DNA of 64,000 nucleotides from Phenylobacterium sp. (GTDB lineage: Bacteria; Pseudomonadota; Alphaproteobacteria; Caulobacterales; Caulobacteraceae). The stretch's first letter is position 1. Every line of letters starts with the position of its first letter. Under the pieces are notes generated by a model, which did no database searches, was not told the DNA's origin, and saw only the letters and a program-made list of their open reading frames with translations. Position numbers and translations under genes: made by a program. Below, in pieces: positions 10,373 through 18,279 of this stretch. The DNA is taken from NCBI RefSeq assembly GCF_036264965.1, contig NZ_DATAPY010000024.1:5926-69925 (forward strand), in the 5' to 3' direction.

Positions 10373-11947
10373 ATGCCCCGCGTTCTCATCGCCGATTCCC
10401 TCAGCCCCGCCGCCCTCGACATCTTCAAGCAGCGCGGCGTCGACGCTGACGTGAAGACCGGCCTTTCCAAGGACGATTTGATCAAGATCATCGGCGACTA
10501 TGACGGCCTGGTCGTCCGCTCCGACACCAAGCCCAACAAGGACGTCATCGCCGCGGCTGCGCGGCTCAAGGTCATCGGCCGCGCCGGCATCGGCGTCGAC
10601 AACATCGACATCCCCGCCGCCACCGCCGCCGGGATCGTGGTGATGAACACCCCCTTCGGCAACTCGATCACCACCGCCGAGCACGCCATCGCCATGATGT
10701 TTGCGCTCGCCCGCCAGATGCCGGCCGCCGACGTCTCCACCCAGGCCGGCAAGTGGGAAAAGAGCCGCTTCATGGGCGTCGAGCTCTACGCCAAGACGCT
10801 CGGCCTGATCGGCGCGGGCAATATCGGCGGCATCGTCGCCGACCGGGCGCTGGGTCTGAAGATGAAGGTCGTGGCCTACGATCCCTTCCTGTCGCCCGAA
10901 CGCGCGGTGGAGATGGGCGTCGAGAAGGTCGAGCTCGACGAGCTCCTGGCCCGGGCCGACATCATCACCCTGCACACCCCGCTCACCGACAAGACCCGCA
11001 ACATCCTGTCGGCCGAGAACCTCGCCAAGACCAAAAAGGGCGTGATGATCGTCAACTGCGCCCGCGGCGGGCTGGTGGACGAAGCGGCGCTCCGCGCGGC
11101 CCTCGAAAGCGGTCATGTCGGCGGCGCGGGCTTTGATGTCTTCACGACCGAGCCGGCCAGGGAAAACGTCCTGTTCGGCGCGCCCAACTTCGTCGCCACG
11201 CCGCACCTGGGCGCCTCCACCAACGAGGCGCAGGAGAACGTCGCCCTGCAGGTGGCCGAACAGATCAGCGACTACCTCCTGACCGGCGCGGTCACCAACG
11301 CCCTGAACAGCCCCTCGGTCACCGCCGAAGAGGCGCCGCGCCTGAAGCCCTTCATCGCGCTCGCCGAAAAGCTCGGCGCCTTCGCGGGGCAAATGGTCGA
11401 CTTCGGGATCAAGGCCATCGACATCGCCTACGAGGGCGATGTGGCGCAGCTCAACGCCAAGCCGCTGACGGCGGCGGCGCTGGCCGGCGTCATGCGGCCC
11501 ATGCTGGCGGAGATCAACATGGTCTCGGCGCCCGCGGTGGCCAAGGAGCGCGGCATCACCGTCTCGGAAAGCCGCCAGGACGACAGCCCGATCTACGAGA
11601 GCCTGATCCGCATCACCGTCACCACGGAGAAGGGCAAGCGCTCCTTCGCGGGCTCCGTTCTGGCCGGCACCCCGCGCGTCGTGGAGGTCAAGGGCATGGA
11701 CCTCGACAGCCCGTTCAGCCCGACCATGCTCTACGTCAACAACCTCGATAAGCCGGGCTTCATCGGCAACCTCGGCCGCCTGCTGGCCGAGGCCGACGTC
11801 AACATCGCCACCTTCAATCTGGGCCGCGTCTCCGCCGGCGACGACGCCATCGCGCTAGTGGGCGTCGACCAGGCGCCGAGCGAAGAGCTGCTGGGCAAGA
11901 TCCAGGCCCTGCCGCACGTGAAGGAAGCGCGGGCGTTGAGGTTCTGA
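10373..11947 (+). CDS. serA: D-3-phosphoglycerate dehydrogenase
   Basis: GRAGIGVDNID, NTPFGNSITTAEHA, GAGNIG, NCARGG and TPHLGAST motifs, with a C-terminal ACT domain. Confidence 0.98.
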   Translation: MPRVLIADSLSPAALDIFKQRGVDADVKTGLSKDDLIKIIGDYDGLVVRSDTKPNKDVIAAAARLKVIGRAGIGVDNIDIPAATAAGIVVMNTPFGNSITTAEHAIAMMFALARQMPAADVSTQAGKWEKSRFMGVELYAKTLGLIGAGNIGGIVADRALGLKMKVVAYDPFLSPERAVEMGVEKVELDELLARADIITLHTPLTDKTRNILSAENLAKTKKGVMIVNCARGGLVDEAALRAALESGHVGGAGFDVFTTEPARENVLFGAPNFVATPHLGASTNEAQENVALQVAEQISDYLLTGAVTNALNSPSVTAEEAPRLKPFIALAEKLGAFAGQMVDFGIKAIDIAYEGDVAQLNAKPLTAAALAGVMRPMLAEINMVSAPAVAKERGITVSESRQDDSPIYESLIRITVTTEKGKRSFAGSVLAGTPRVVEVKGMDLDSPFSPTMLYVNNLDKPGFIGNLGRLLAEADVNIATFNLGRVSAGDDAIALVGVDQAPSEELLGKIQALPHVKEARALRF

Positions 11948-11959
11948 TGGCTGAAGTTT

Positions 11960-12047
11960 CCTCCTCCCCTTGTGGGAGGAGGTGGCCTGCCCCCGGGCTC
12001 GGCCAAAGGCCGACCCGAGGATAAACTCCGCAGGTCGGAGGAGGGGT
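11960..12047. repeat. Left-arm-only member of the palindromic repeat family
   Basis: CCTCCTCCCCTTGTGGGAGGAGG hairpin then GGTCGGAGGAGGGG. No matching right arm found downstream. Confidence 0.6.
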
Positions 12048-12073
12048 CTCGCCTGCCTCTCAGCCCAGGTCGT

Positions 12074-12358
12074 CTAGCGGATCGTCTCCTTCTCCCTGGG
12101 GGCCGAAACGCGCCGCGTCCTGGCCTGGGCCTTGGGCTTTGGCAGGAGCCGGAACCGCGTCTGGCACCATGCGAAATCAACGCCCACGTCGAGCAAGGCG
12201 TCGGACCGTCCGCACGGGCAGGCAAATTCCATGACCGAAATGACCCGGTAGGTCTCTCCGGCTCGCAGAGGAACGGGCCGTCCCGTGGCATGGTTTGGGG
12301 CCGCGTTGACGCACAGAACCAGATCGCCGGGGCCGACAGCGTCGCTCATCGCTCTCAT
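12074..12358 (-). CDS. Small hypothetical protein (SH3/beta-barrel-like pattern, CPCG motif, basic tail)
   Basis: GDLVLCV..GETYRVISV..CPCG..AWCQTRFRLLP. Clean ORF in an otherwise non-coding gap. Confidence 0.6.
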   Translation of the reverse strand: MRAMSDAVGPGDLVLCVNAAPNHATGRPVPLRAGETYRVISVMEFACPCGRSDALLDVGVDFAWCQTRFRLLPKPKAQARTRRVSAPREKETIR

Positions 12359-12383
12359 CCACTATCCGTGGCGGAAGACTAGA

Positions 12384-12540
12384 CTAGACCCTGACCGGCA
12401 GGGGGCAACGGCTTCCACACCGACGGACCTCGGGAAGTCCACCCGGCGTGTGCTCCGAACCTGCGTCCGGTCCGCCCGGACCCACGCTGCCATGAGATGA
12501 AATCTCTCCAGCGGTCTGGAAGATGGCTCGTTGGGCGGGC
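12384..12540 (-). ncRNA. Candidate structured non-coding element, copy 1 (possibly IS110-leader-like)
   Basis: Run of hairpins on the minus strand. Homologous to 15600-15738, with a compensatory change in one stem. Confidence 0.55.
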
Positions 12541-12574
12541 GCCTTAAACGGCGCATCCCTGGCTGAGCGCCTCG

Positions 12575-15415
12575 CTACGCCTTGATCTTCCAACGGGCGT
12601 ATTCTTCGTCGATGCGCGGCGAGAGCAGGCGGGCGGAGGCGGCGTCGGCGTCGGCGTTTGCGGCCTTGCCCATCTTCCGTTCGATGGCCGCGCGCAGGTA
12701 CAGCGAACCCGACAGCATCGGATTGCGGTCCAAGGCGGCGTTCAGGTCGGCCAAGGCCTCGCTCATCCGATTCAGCCGGAAATAGACCATGGCGCGGCTG
12801 TCGAGCGCGTCGATGTTGTTTTCCGTGAGCTCAATCGCGCGCGTGCAGTCCTGCAGGGCGCTATCGAGCTGCACGGCCAGGGTCCCCTTGATCCAGCAGC
12901 GTTGGTTCAGGAACTGGGCGTTGGCGGACTTGACGGCGATCGCCTTGTCGATCGCGGCGATAGCCCCATCGGAATCGCCAGCCCTGGCCAGGAGTTCAGA
13001 CTTGGCCGACTCCCAATCGGGCTTGTCCTCGTCCGCGCTTTCCAGATGCTGGTCGATAGGCGCCAGGGCGTCGTCCTTGTGCCCCGCGTCGATCTGCAAG
13101 AGGCCCAAGCGGGTGAACGCGACCTTGGACGAGGGGTCGAGGCCGAGCACGGCCTGGTAGTCCGCCGCGGCCTTGTCCTTCTGCCCCATGGCCTCCAGCA
13201 GGACGGCGCGGCGCAGCAGCGTGGCCGCATTGCCGTCCAGCGACACCGCCTTGTCGAGATCGGCCAGCGCCAATTCGCGTTGGAAGCTGTTTTCGTAGAA
13301 GACCGCGCGATTGACATACCGCGCCGCCTCATCGGGTTTGACGGCGATGATCGCGGCGTGGAGCGCGGCAAGCCGGTCGAGCTTGTGGGCGCGCACCGCG
13401 TCCGAGACCTGTTGATAGGGCGGCGCATAGTCAGGTCCGGTCGCGAGACGCAACGTCCGGCCCTGGGAAGCGGCGAGCTTCGCCCGTGTCGCGGGCAGCT
13501 GTGCCGCGGGCAGCTCCTCGCCGGCGCTGGTGCTGCGTTCTTCGATGGTCAACAGATCCCCGACCAGCGTCGCCTTGCGGACGTAGCGCCGGCCGGCGAT
13601 ATCGAGGTCCATGGCGCCGTCGCCCTCAAGGGCGACCCCGCGGCCGCTATCGGGCAGGCGAAGATGTGTGGTGACCAACGTATGGCTCGCCTCGCCCAAG
13701 GCGACGGGGATATCCTTCCACGCCGGCCGCGCGCGATCGGCATTGAGGTTGAGGCTCGCGAGCGCGCTGGCGGGCCGCAGGCGATAGGCATGGTCCTGGC
13801 GTCGCCAGGCCGGCCGCGCGATCCCGGTGGCCGAGATGGTGACGGTTCCGGCTTCGGGGTCGAAGTCGAACTTCTGCGTGGCGATGATGGCGTTCGGTCC
13901 CGCGGCGCCCCCCAAGCTCACCTGCGCAAGCGTCAGAAGCTTCTCGTTGTCCAACTGCGAGACCACGGCACGCAGCGCGTCTGCCTCGCCGCCATGTAGG
14001 ACGACGGTTGCGGTGAATGGGGCGCCGACCCCGAGCGCCGCGCTCTGGTCTATATCGACGGTCGTGACTCGCGTCGGCCTCGCCGGCGCCTTGGCCGGGA
14101 GCTGGAGCAGCGGCGCGCCGCCTTCCCGCAACGGCAGGACAGAGTGGAACGGGGGTGAATCGCCCATGTCCTCCTGACGGGCGCCGCGGCCGGTGCCGTC
14201 GAGCCAGAGGTCCTCTTCGCCGACCTTGGCGTGGACGAAGATGTGATTGAAGGCTTCCGGCGCGGGCAGGCGCACTGCGACGAGATCGCCCTGGCCAATG
14301 TTGGCCAGGACCGGCTCAGCCTCGATGTCGAGCCCGTGCAATATGGCCAGCAACAGCAGCGTCTTGGCCTTGCAGTCGCCATAGCCGGCCGACCAGGTCC
14401 GCTCCGGCGCCTGGGGCACATAGTTGCCGCCGTTCATGCCGTCGGCGAAGTAGCGGACGCGATCCTGGACCAGGGAAAGCGCGGCGGCGACCCGCTTTCG
14501 GGGATCGCTCTCGCGCGCGCTGATCTTCGCCACTTCCTGCGCCAGCGGCGTCCCCGGCTTGATCAGCCCTTGTGTCTGATAGAGCGGGAGGAACACCGCG
14601 GACACGGCGGGCCAGTCGGCGAAACTGGCCGCCTCGATCGCGGGGATCGGCCGATAGCGTCGCGGCGCGTCGTTCGGCATGTCGGGCTGCTTCGGCGCGG
14701 GAAGCGTGAAATTCACCTCGTGCCAGCCGGCGGCGTCGCTTTCCGTGGCCTTCAATCCGGTCGGATAGGCCTTCCACTGGATCGGCGCGCCCGTGGGCCA
14801 CATCATCCGAGCGCGCGCGTAGTCGACCTTGAACGGCTCGACCAGAGCCGCGGCGGCGGCCTGAACGCCGCCCTTCAAGGCCGGATCCTTCACCGACTCC
14901 GAATAGGCGATGTCCAGCACGTCGCCGACTCGAAGACCCTCGACCTGCAGCGTGGCCGTAAGCACGCCGTTCATCTCCAGCCGCTCGAGACCCTGCTCGC
15001 GCCGGATGACATCGAACTTCTGGCCGGCCTTCAGGACGTCGATGCGCTGGCCGTCGCGGACGATGTCGACGCGGTGGACGATCAGATCGCCGTGGAAGGG
15101 CTGCCAGTTCAGTGTCACCGTGCCCATGCGCGCCAGCGCGTCCGCCGAGATTGCGCGCGTGCCGAGTTCGCGATAGCTCCACACCGTGCCGTCGGCGATG
15201 CGCGTTTGCTGATCGAGTAGCGCGTACAGGGGTAGTCCTGCGCCCTGCTTGATCGGCGGCGCGGGCAAGACCCAGGCCGGCGCCGGTTCATAGCGCGGCG
15301 TCTCAGAAGCCCATGCGGGCGCCGCCGCGCCCATCAGCAGCAAAAGTCCAAACCCAAGACGCAACGCCCACCTCCCCCGATAAGCCCGCCGCAAGCCATC
15401 GCCTGCGGTGCGCAT
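12575..15415 (-). CDS. Secreted DUF3857 + transglutaminase-like + TPR protein
   Basis: Signal-like AAAPAWA, EPAPAWV and LLDQQTRI (DUF3857-like), GDCKAKTLLL..FNH..WLDGT (Cys-His-Asp triad), C-terminal TPRs. Start codon uncertain. Confidence 0.85.
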   Translation of the reverse strand: MRTAGDGLRRAYRGRWALRLGFGLLLLMGAAAPAWASETPRYEPAPAWVLPAPPIKQGAGLPLYALLDQQTRIADGTVWSYRELGTRAISADALARMGTVTLNWQPFHGDLIVHRVDIVRDGQRIDVLKAGQKFDVIRREQGLERLEMNGVLTATLQVEGLRVGDVLDIAYSESVKDPALKGGVQAAAAALVEPFKVDYARARMMWPTGAPIQWKAYPTGLKATESDAAGWHEVNFTLPAPKQPDMPNDAPRRYRPIPAIEAASFADWPAVSAVFLPLYQTQGLIKPGTPLAQEVAKISARESDPRKRVAAALSLVQDRVRYFADGMNGGNYVPQAPERTWSAGYGDCKAKTLLLLAILHGLDIEAEPVLANIGQGDLVAVRLPAPEAFNHIFVHAKVGEEDLWLDGTGRGARQEDMGDSPPFHSVLPLREGGAPLLQLPAKAPARPTRVTTVDIDQSAALGVGAPFTATVVLHGGEADALRAVVSQLDNEKLLTLAQVSLGGAAGPNAIIATQKFDFDPEAGTVTISATGIARPAWRRQDHAYRLRPASALASLNLNADRARPAWKDIPVALGEASHTLVTTHLRLPDSGRGVALEGDGAMDLDIAGRRYVRKATLVGDLLTIEERSTSAGEELPAAQLPATRAKLAASQGRTLRLATGPDYAPPYQQVSDAVRAHKLDRLAALHAAIIAVKPDEAARYVNRAVFYENSFQRELALADLDKAVSLDGNAATLLRRAVLLEAMGQKDKAAADYQAVLGLDPSSKVAFTRLGLLQIDAGHKDDALAPIDQHLESADEDKPDWESAKSELLARAGDSDGAIAAIDKAIAVKSANAQFLNQRCWIKGTLAVQLDSALQDCTRAIELTENNIDALDSRAMVYFRLNRMSEALADLNAALDRNPMLSGSLYLRAAIERKMGKAANADADAASARLLSPRIDEEYARWKIKA

Positions 15416-15535
15416 CCTTACCCACTATGACGCAACCATGACTGGAGAATTGCGGCGCTGTCGCCCGTTCGTCTGGGCGCGGGCGCTGGTATTCCAGGGC
15501 GGCCCAATCGTGTCCGCGCCGACTTGCCACGCACT

Positions 15536-15570
15536 GTCGTCATTCCGGGGACAGACCCGGGAATGACGAC
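15536..15570. repeat. REP-like palindrome (GTCGTCATTCC family)
   Basis: GTCGTCATTCCGGG-gacaga-CCCGGGAATGACGAC, a near-perfect inverted repeat. Confidence 0.75.
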
Positions 15571-15599
15571 GCGGAATGGGAAAGGTCGTTCACGGCCGT

Positions 15600-15738
15600 T
15601 CCACCCTCCGCCGGGCATGCGTTCGGCCTGTCCGAACCCACCGTGGCATTGATCTCATGGTCGGCAGTTTGCCTTGGCATCTCGGCTTCTCAGCATGAGA
15701 TGAAGGCCTCTCCAACAGTCTGGAAGGACGCCTGTTGG
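15600..15738 (-). ncRNA. Candidate structured non-coding element, copy 2 (with an extra internal stem-loop)
   Basis: Aligns with 12457-12534 and carries about 42 extra nt closed by ATCTCATG/CATGAGAT. Confidence 0.45.
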
Positions 15739-15765
15739 ACTGACATTGCTTCCAAGCGAGAGGCG

Positions 15766-15819
15766 AACGTCGGGAAAGCGCCGGAGCCGGACGGCCGCCT
15801 TCGACCCATTGCGGTCGTT
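15766..15819. repeat. Imperfect palindrome AACGTC..GGTCGTT (cassette-junction-like repeat)
   Basis: AAC..GTT ends with internal GAAAGCG/CGCCTTC pairing. Related AACGTCCGC/GTCCGC motifs lie after the MFS gene at about 17180-17275. Confidence 0.4.
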
Positions 15820-15912
15820 GGGAGGGGCCGGTTCGCTGACGTTCGAGCACCGATGTGAAATTGAGAAATCCGTGTTACGCAAGCTCCAGCAGTCGTGAAC
15901 GCCGGGGGGCGG

Positions 15913-17178
15913 ATGGACATCCACAAACCCAAGCTATGGCAAGGCAGGCGTGGGCTTGTACTTGGCCTGGTTAGCCTTGGCATTCTGCTCAACTACGCCG
16001 ACCGCCAGATCATCGCCGTCCTGAAGCCTATGCTGCAGCAGGACCTTCACTGGACCGACGGCGACTACGGCCGGATGACCTCGGCTTTCCAATTCGCCAC
16101 CGCCTTCTCCTTCCTTGGCGCAGGCTGGCTCGTCGACCGCATTGGATGGCGGCGCGCCAACCCGCTTGGGGCGGCGCTCTGGAGCGTGGCGGCAATCGGC
16201 CACGCTTTCGCCCGCACGGTCGGGCAGTTCACGGTCGCGCGGGCAGCCCTCGGGGTCACGGAGGCCCTGAACTCGCCGACCGCGATCAAGACAGCCGCGG
16301 CCCTTTACCCCAACGAACTGCGGGCGATGGCGTACGGCATCATCTCGGCCGCGAGCACCCTGGGCGCCGTCGTGACCCCGCTGGTCATCCCGCTGGTCGC
16401 CTTGAAAATCGGTTGGGCCAACGCGTTCCTGGTCACCGGCGGTCTCGGCCTCCTCTGGGTCGTGGCGTGGCTAGGTTCACGAGCAGGGCAGGTCGTCACG
16501 GCTGAGATGGACATGCCGACGCCGGCCTTCGTGGAGACGTCCCGCCTCACGGACGTTCTGACCGACCGGCGCACCTGGGCCGTGGCCGGAGCTCGCGCGT
16601 GTTCGGACAGCGTCTGGTGGTTGCTGCTCTACTGGATGCCTGACCTGTTCAACCGCGTATTCCATCTCGGCATGAGCGCCTTCGGCCTGCCGCTCGCGGC
16701 AATCTACGCCGCCTCCGGCGGGGGCGCCCTGCTCGCGGGCTTCGCTTCGACGCGTCTGCTCTCAGCGGGCGTCAGCCTCAACGCCGCGCGCAAAGGGATG
16801 ATGCTGACGGCCGCCCTGCTGGTGATGCCCGTCTGGTACGCGGCATCGGCGGGGAACTACTGGCTGGCGACGGCGATCCTCGGCCTGACGCTCGCGGCCC
16901 ACCAATGCTTCTCGATCAACATTTTTGCGCTGGCCACCGACATCTCCCCGCCCGGACGCGTCGCGACCGTGATCGCGATCCAGGCCTTCAGCGGGAACAT
17001 CTCCGGCATGGCGATGCTGTCCATCGCGGGCTGGACTCTCGACCATGGATATGGCTACGCGCCCCTTCTCACCTGGGCCTCGGTTGCGTATCTGCTGGGC
17101 GTCGGATGGGTGCAGTTGCTGCTCCGGCGTATTGAAGGCGTCGCGCCGGGGCCGGAGGTTGCGCCCGCCGTGGCCTGA
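15913..17178 (+). CDS. MFS transporter (ExuT/hexuronate-like, ACS family)
   Basis: LNYADRQIIAVLKPML, GWLVDRIG, ARAALGVTEA..P and SDSVWWLLLYWMPD. About 12 TM segments. Confidence 0.9.
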   Translation: MDIHKPKLWQGRRGLVLGLVSLGILLNYADRQIIAVLKPMLQQDLHWTDGDYGRMTSAFQFATAFSFLGAGWLVDRIGWRRANPLGAALWSVAAIGHAFARTVGQFTVARAALGVTEALNSPTAIKTAAALYPNELRAMAYGIISAASTLGAVVTPLVIPLVALKIGWANAFLVTGGLGLLWVVAWLGSRAGQVVTAEMDMPTPAFVETSRLTDVLTDRRTWAVAGARACSDSVWWLLLYWMPDLFNRVFHLGMSAFGLPLAAIYAASGGGALLAGFASTRLLSAGVSLNAARKGMMLTAALLVMPVWYAASAGNYWLATAILGLTLAAHQCFSINIFALATDISPPGRVATVIAIQAFSGNISGMAMLSIAGWTLDHGYGYAPLLTWASVAYLLGVGWVQLLLRRIEGVAPGPEVAPAVA

Positions 17179-17352
17179 GGCGTCCGCATCGACCTGGATC
17201 GGCCGCGTCCGCACTTTGGACCTGCCCTTATTTCCGGGCTCCACCCTTCGTGGACCTACGGAACGTCCGCTCAGCGCGTTACATCGAACGGGCGAGGCTA
17301 GGGCTTCCGCGAGCCCTCGGCGCGAAAAACCTTGACTTCCTTCTTCCCATAT

Positions 17353-17367
17353 GTTCCCCTTTTGTTC
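17353..17367 (+). promoter_or_regulatory. LexA (SOS) box
   Basis: GTTC-ccctttt-GTTC, the exact alphaproteobacterial consensus, directly before ATG 17368. TTGACT at 17332-17337. Confidence 0.85.
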
Positions 17368-17970
17368 ATGTCCGATGCAACGAGACGGGAACGGCAGGAC
17401 GCGGTGCTGTCGGAGCTTTCGGAGCTCGGCCTGACACTGGCGCGTGAGCTGCACGCCCGGGCGCTGGCGGCGGAGACGCCGCAGGAGGCCGACAAACTGG
17501 CCCTGGCCTTCCAGCGCGTCTCGCGTGGCGTGCGTCAGACCTTCGCCCTGGAACTGAAGATCGAGCGCGCCCGCGCCGAGGACGATCGCGAGGCCGCCCG
17601 GCAGGTTCGGCTGGCCGCCGTTGACCCGGGTGGCGAAGCTGCGACCCCCCTCGACCCGGAGGCGGCCGAACGTCAGGCCCAGGTCGGCGAGCGGTTCCGC
17701 CGCGTGCGCGGCGCGCTCAACCGCCTCATGTGGGACGAAGCCGAGCGCGACGAGGAGGAGTTCGAGATCCTCTCCGAGGACCTGGAGAACCGCCTGGACG
17801 AAGCGGCCCGCCGCGAGGACTTCCTCGATATCCCCATCGACACCCTGATCCGCCAGCTCAAGTCGGACATGGGCCTTTCCGGCGACCTCCGCCTCACCGC
17901 CAGCGAGGCGCCGCGCTCGCCACCTCCGGCGGCCGACCTCGCCTACGCCGCGCCGCCCAACACGGGCTAG
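17368..17970 (+). CDS. Uncharacterised helical, acidic protein, probably SOS-induced
   Basis: High GC3 ORF (LSELSELGLTLARELHARAL..FQRVSRGVRQTFALELKIE) starting directly after a LexA box. Confidence 0.8.
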   Translation: MSDATRRERQDAVLSELSELGLTLARELHARALAAETPQEADKLALAFQRVSRGVRQTFALELKIERARAEDDREAARQVRLAAVDPGGEAATPLDPEAAERQAQVGERFRRVRGALNRLMWDEAERDEEEFEILSEDLENRLDEAARREDFLDIPIDTLIRQLKSDMGLSGDLRLTASEAPRSPPPAADLAYAAPPNTG

Positions 17971-18010
17971 TCCCGCGCCCTACCTCCGCCGCTCCGCGGG
18001 GAAGGTACGC

Positions 18011-18274
18011 TCAGCCCCCGCTCAACGCCCCGAAGATCAACAGCTCGTCGCCCTCGCCCAGCGCCTTGGCGACGCTGCGGGTCTCGGCCTGGCCGATGAA
18101 CAGGCGCATGTGCCTGCGCACCCGATCCTGCTCGTCGATCACCCGGAACTTCAGGCCGGGGAAGCGGCTGTCGAGGTCGTCCAGCACCGCGCCCACCGTC
18201 GCGCCGGCCGCCTCCACCCGCGTCGCGCCGGCGGTGTAGGCGGTGAGCTGGGAGGGGATCAGCACGCGGGCCAT
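18011..18274 (-). CDS. MoaD/ThiS-family ubiquitin-like protein
   Basis: 87 aa, beta-grasp pattern (VLIPSQL..GATVGAVLDDLDSRFPGL), C-terminal ALSGG. Starts 5 nt after the propeller gene stop. Confidence 0.9.
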   Translation of the reverse strand: MARVLIPSQLTAYTAGATRVEAAGATVGAVLDDLDSRFPGLKFRVIDEQDRVRRHMRLFIGQAETRSVAKALGEGDELLIFGALSGG

Positions 18275-18279
18275 GGCGC

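Noticed and set aside
15590-15992. Several short overlapping ORFs of 66-100 aa
   Set aside because: They run across the structured element and palindromes, lack RBS and codon bias, and show no recombinase or transposase motifs in any frame I translated.
17978-18008. Degenerate hairpin resembling a repeat arm after the SOS gene
   Set aside because: Too many mismatches to assign to the repeat family; could be a simple terminator between convergent genes.
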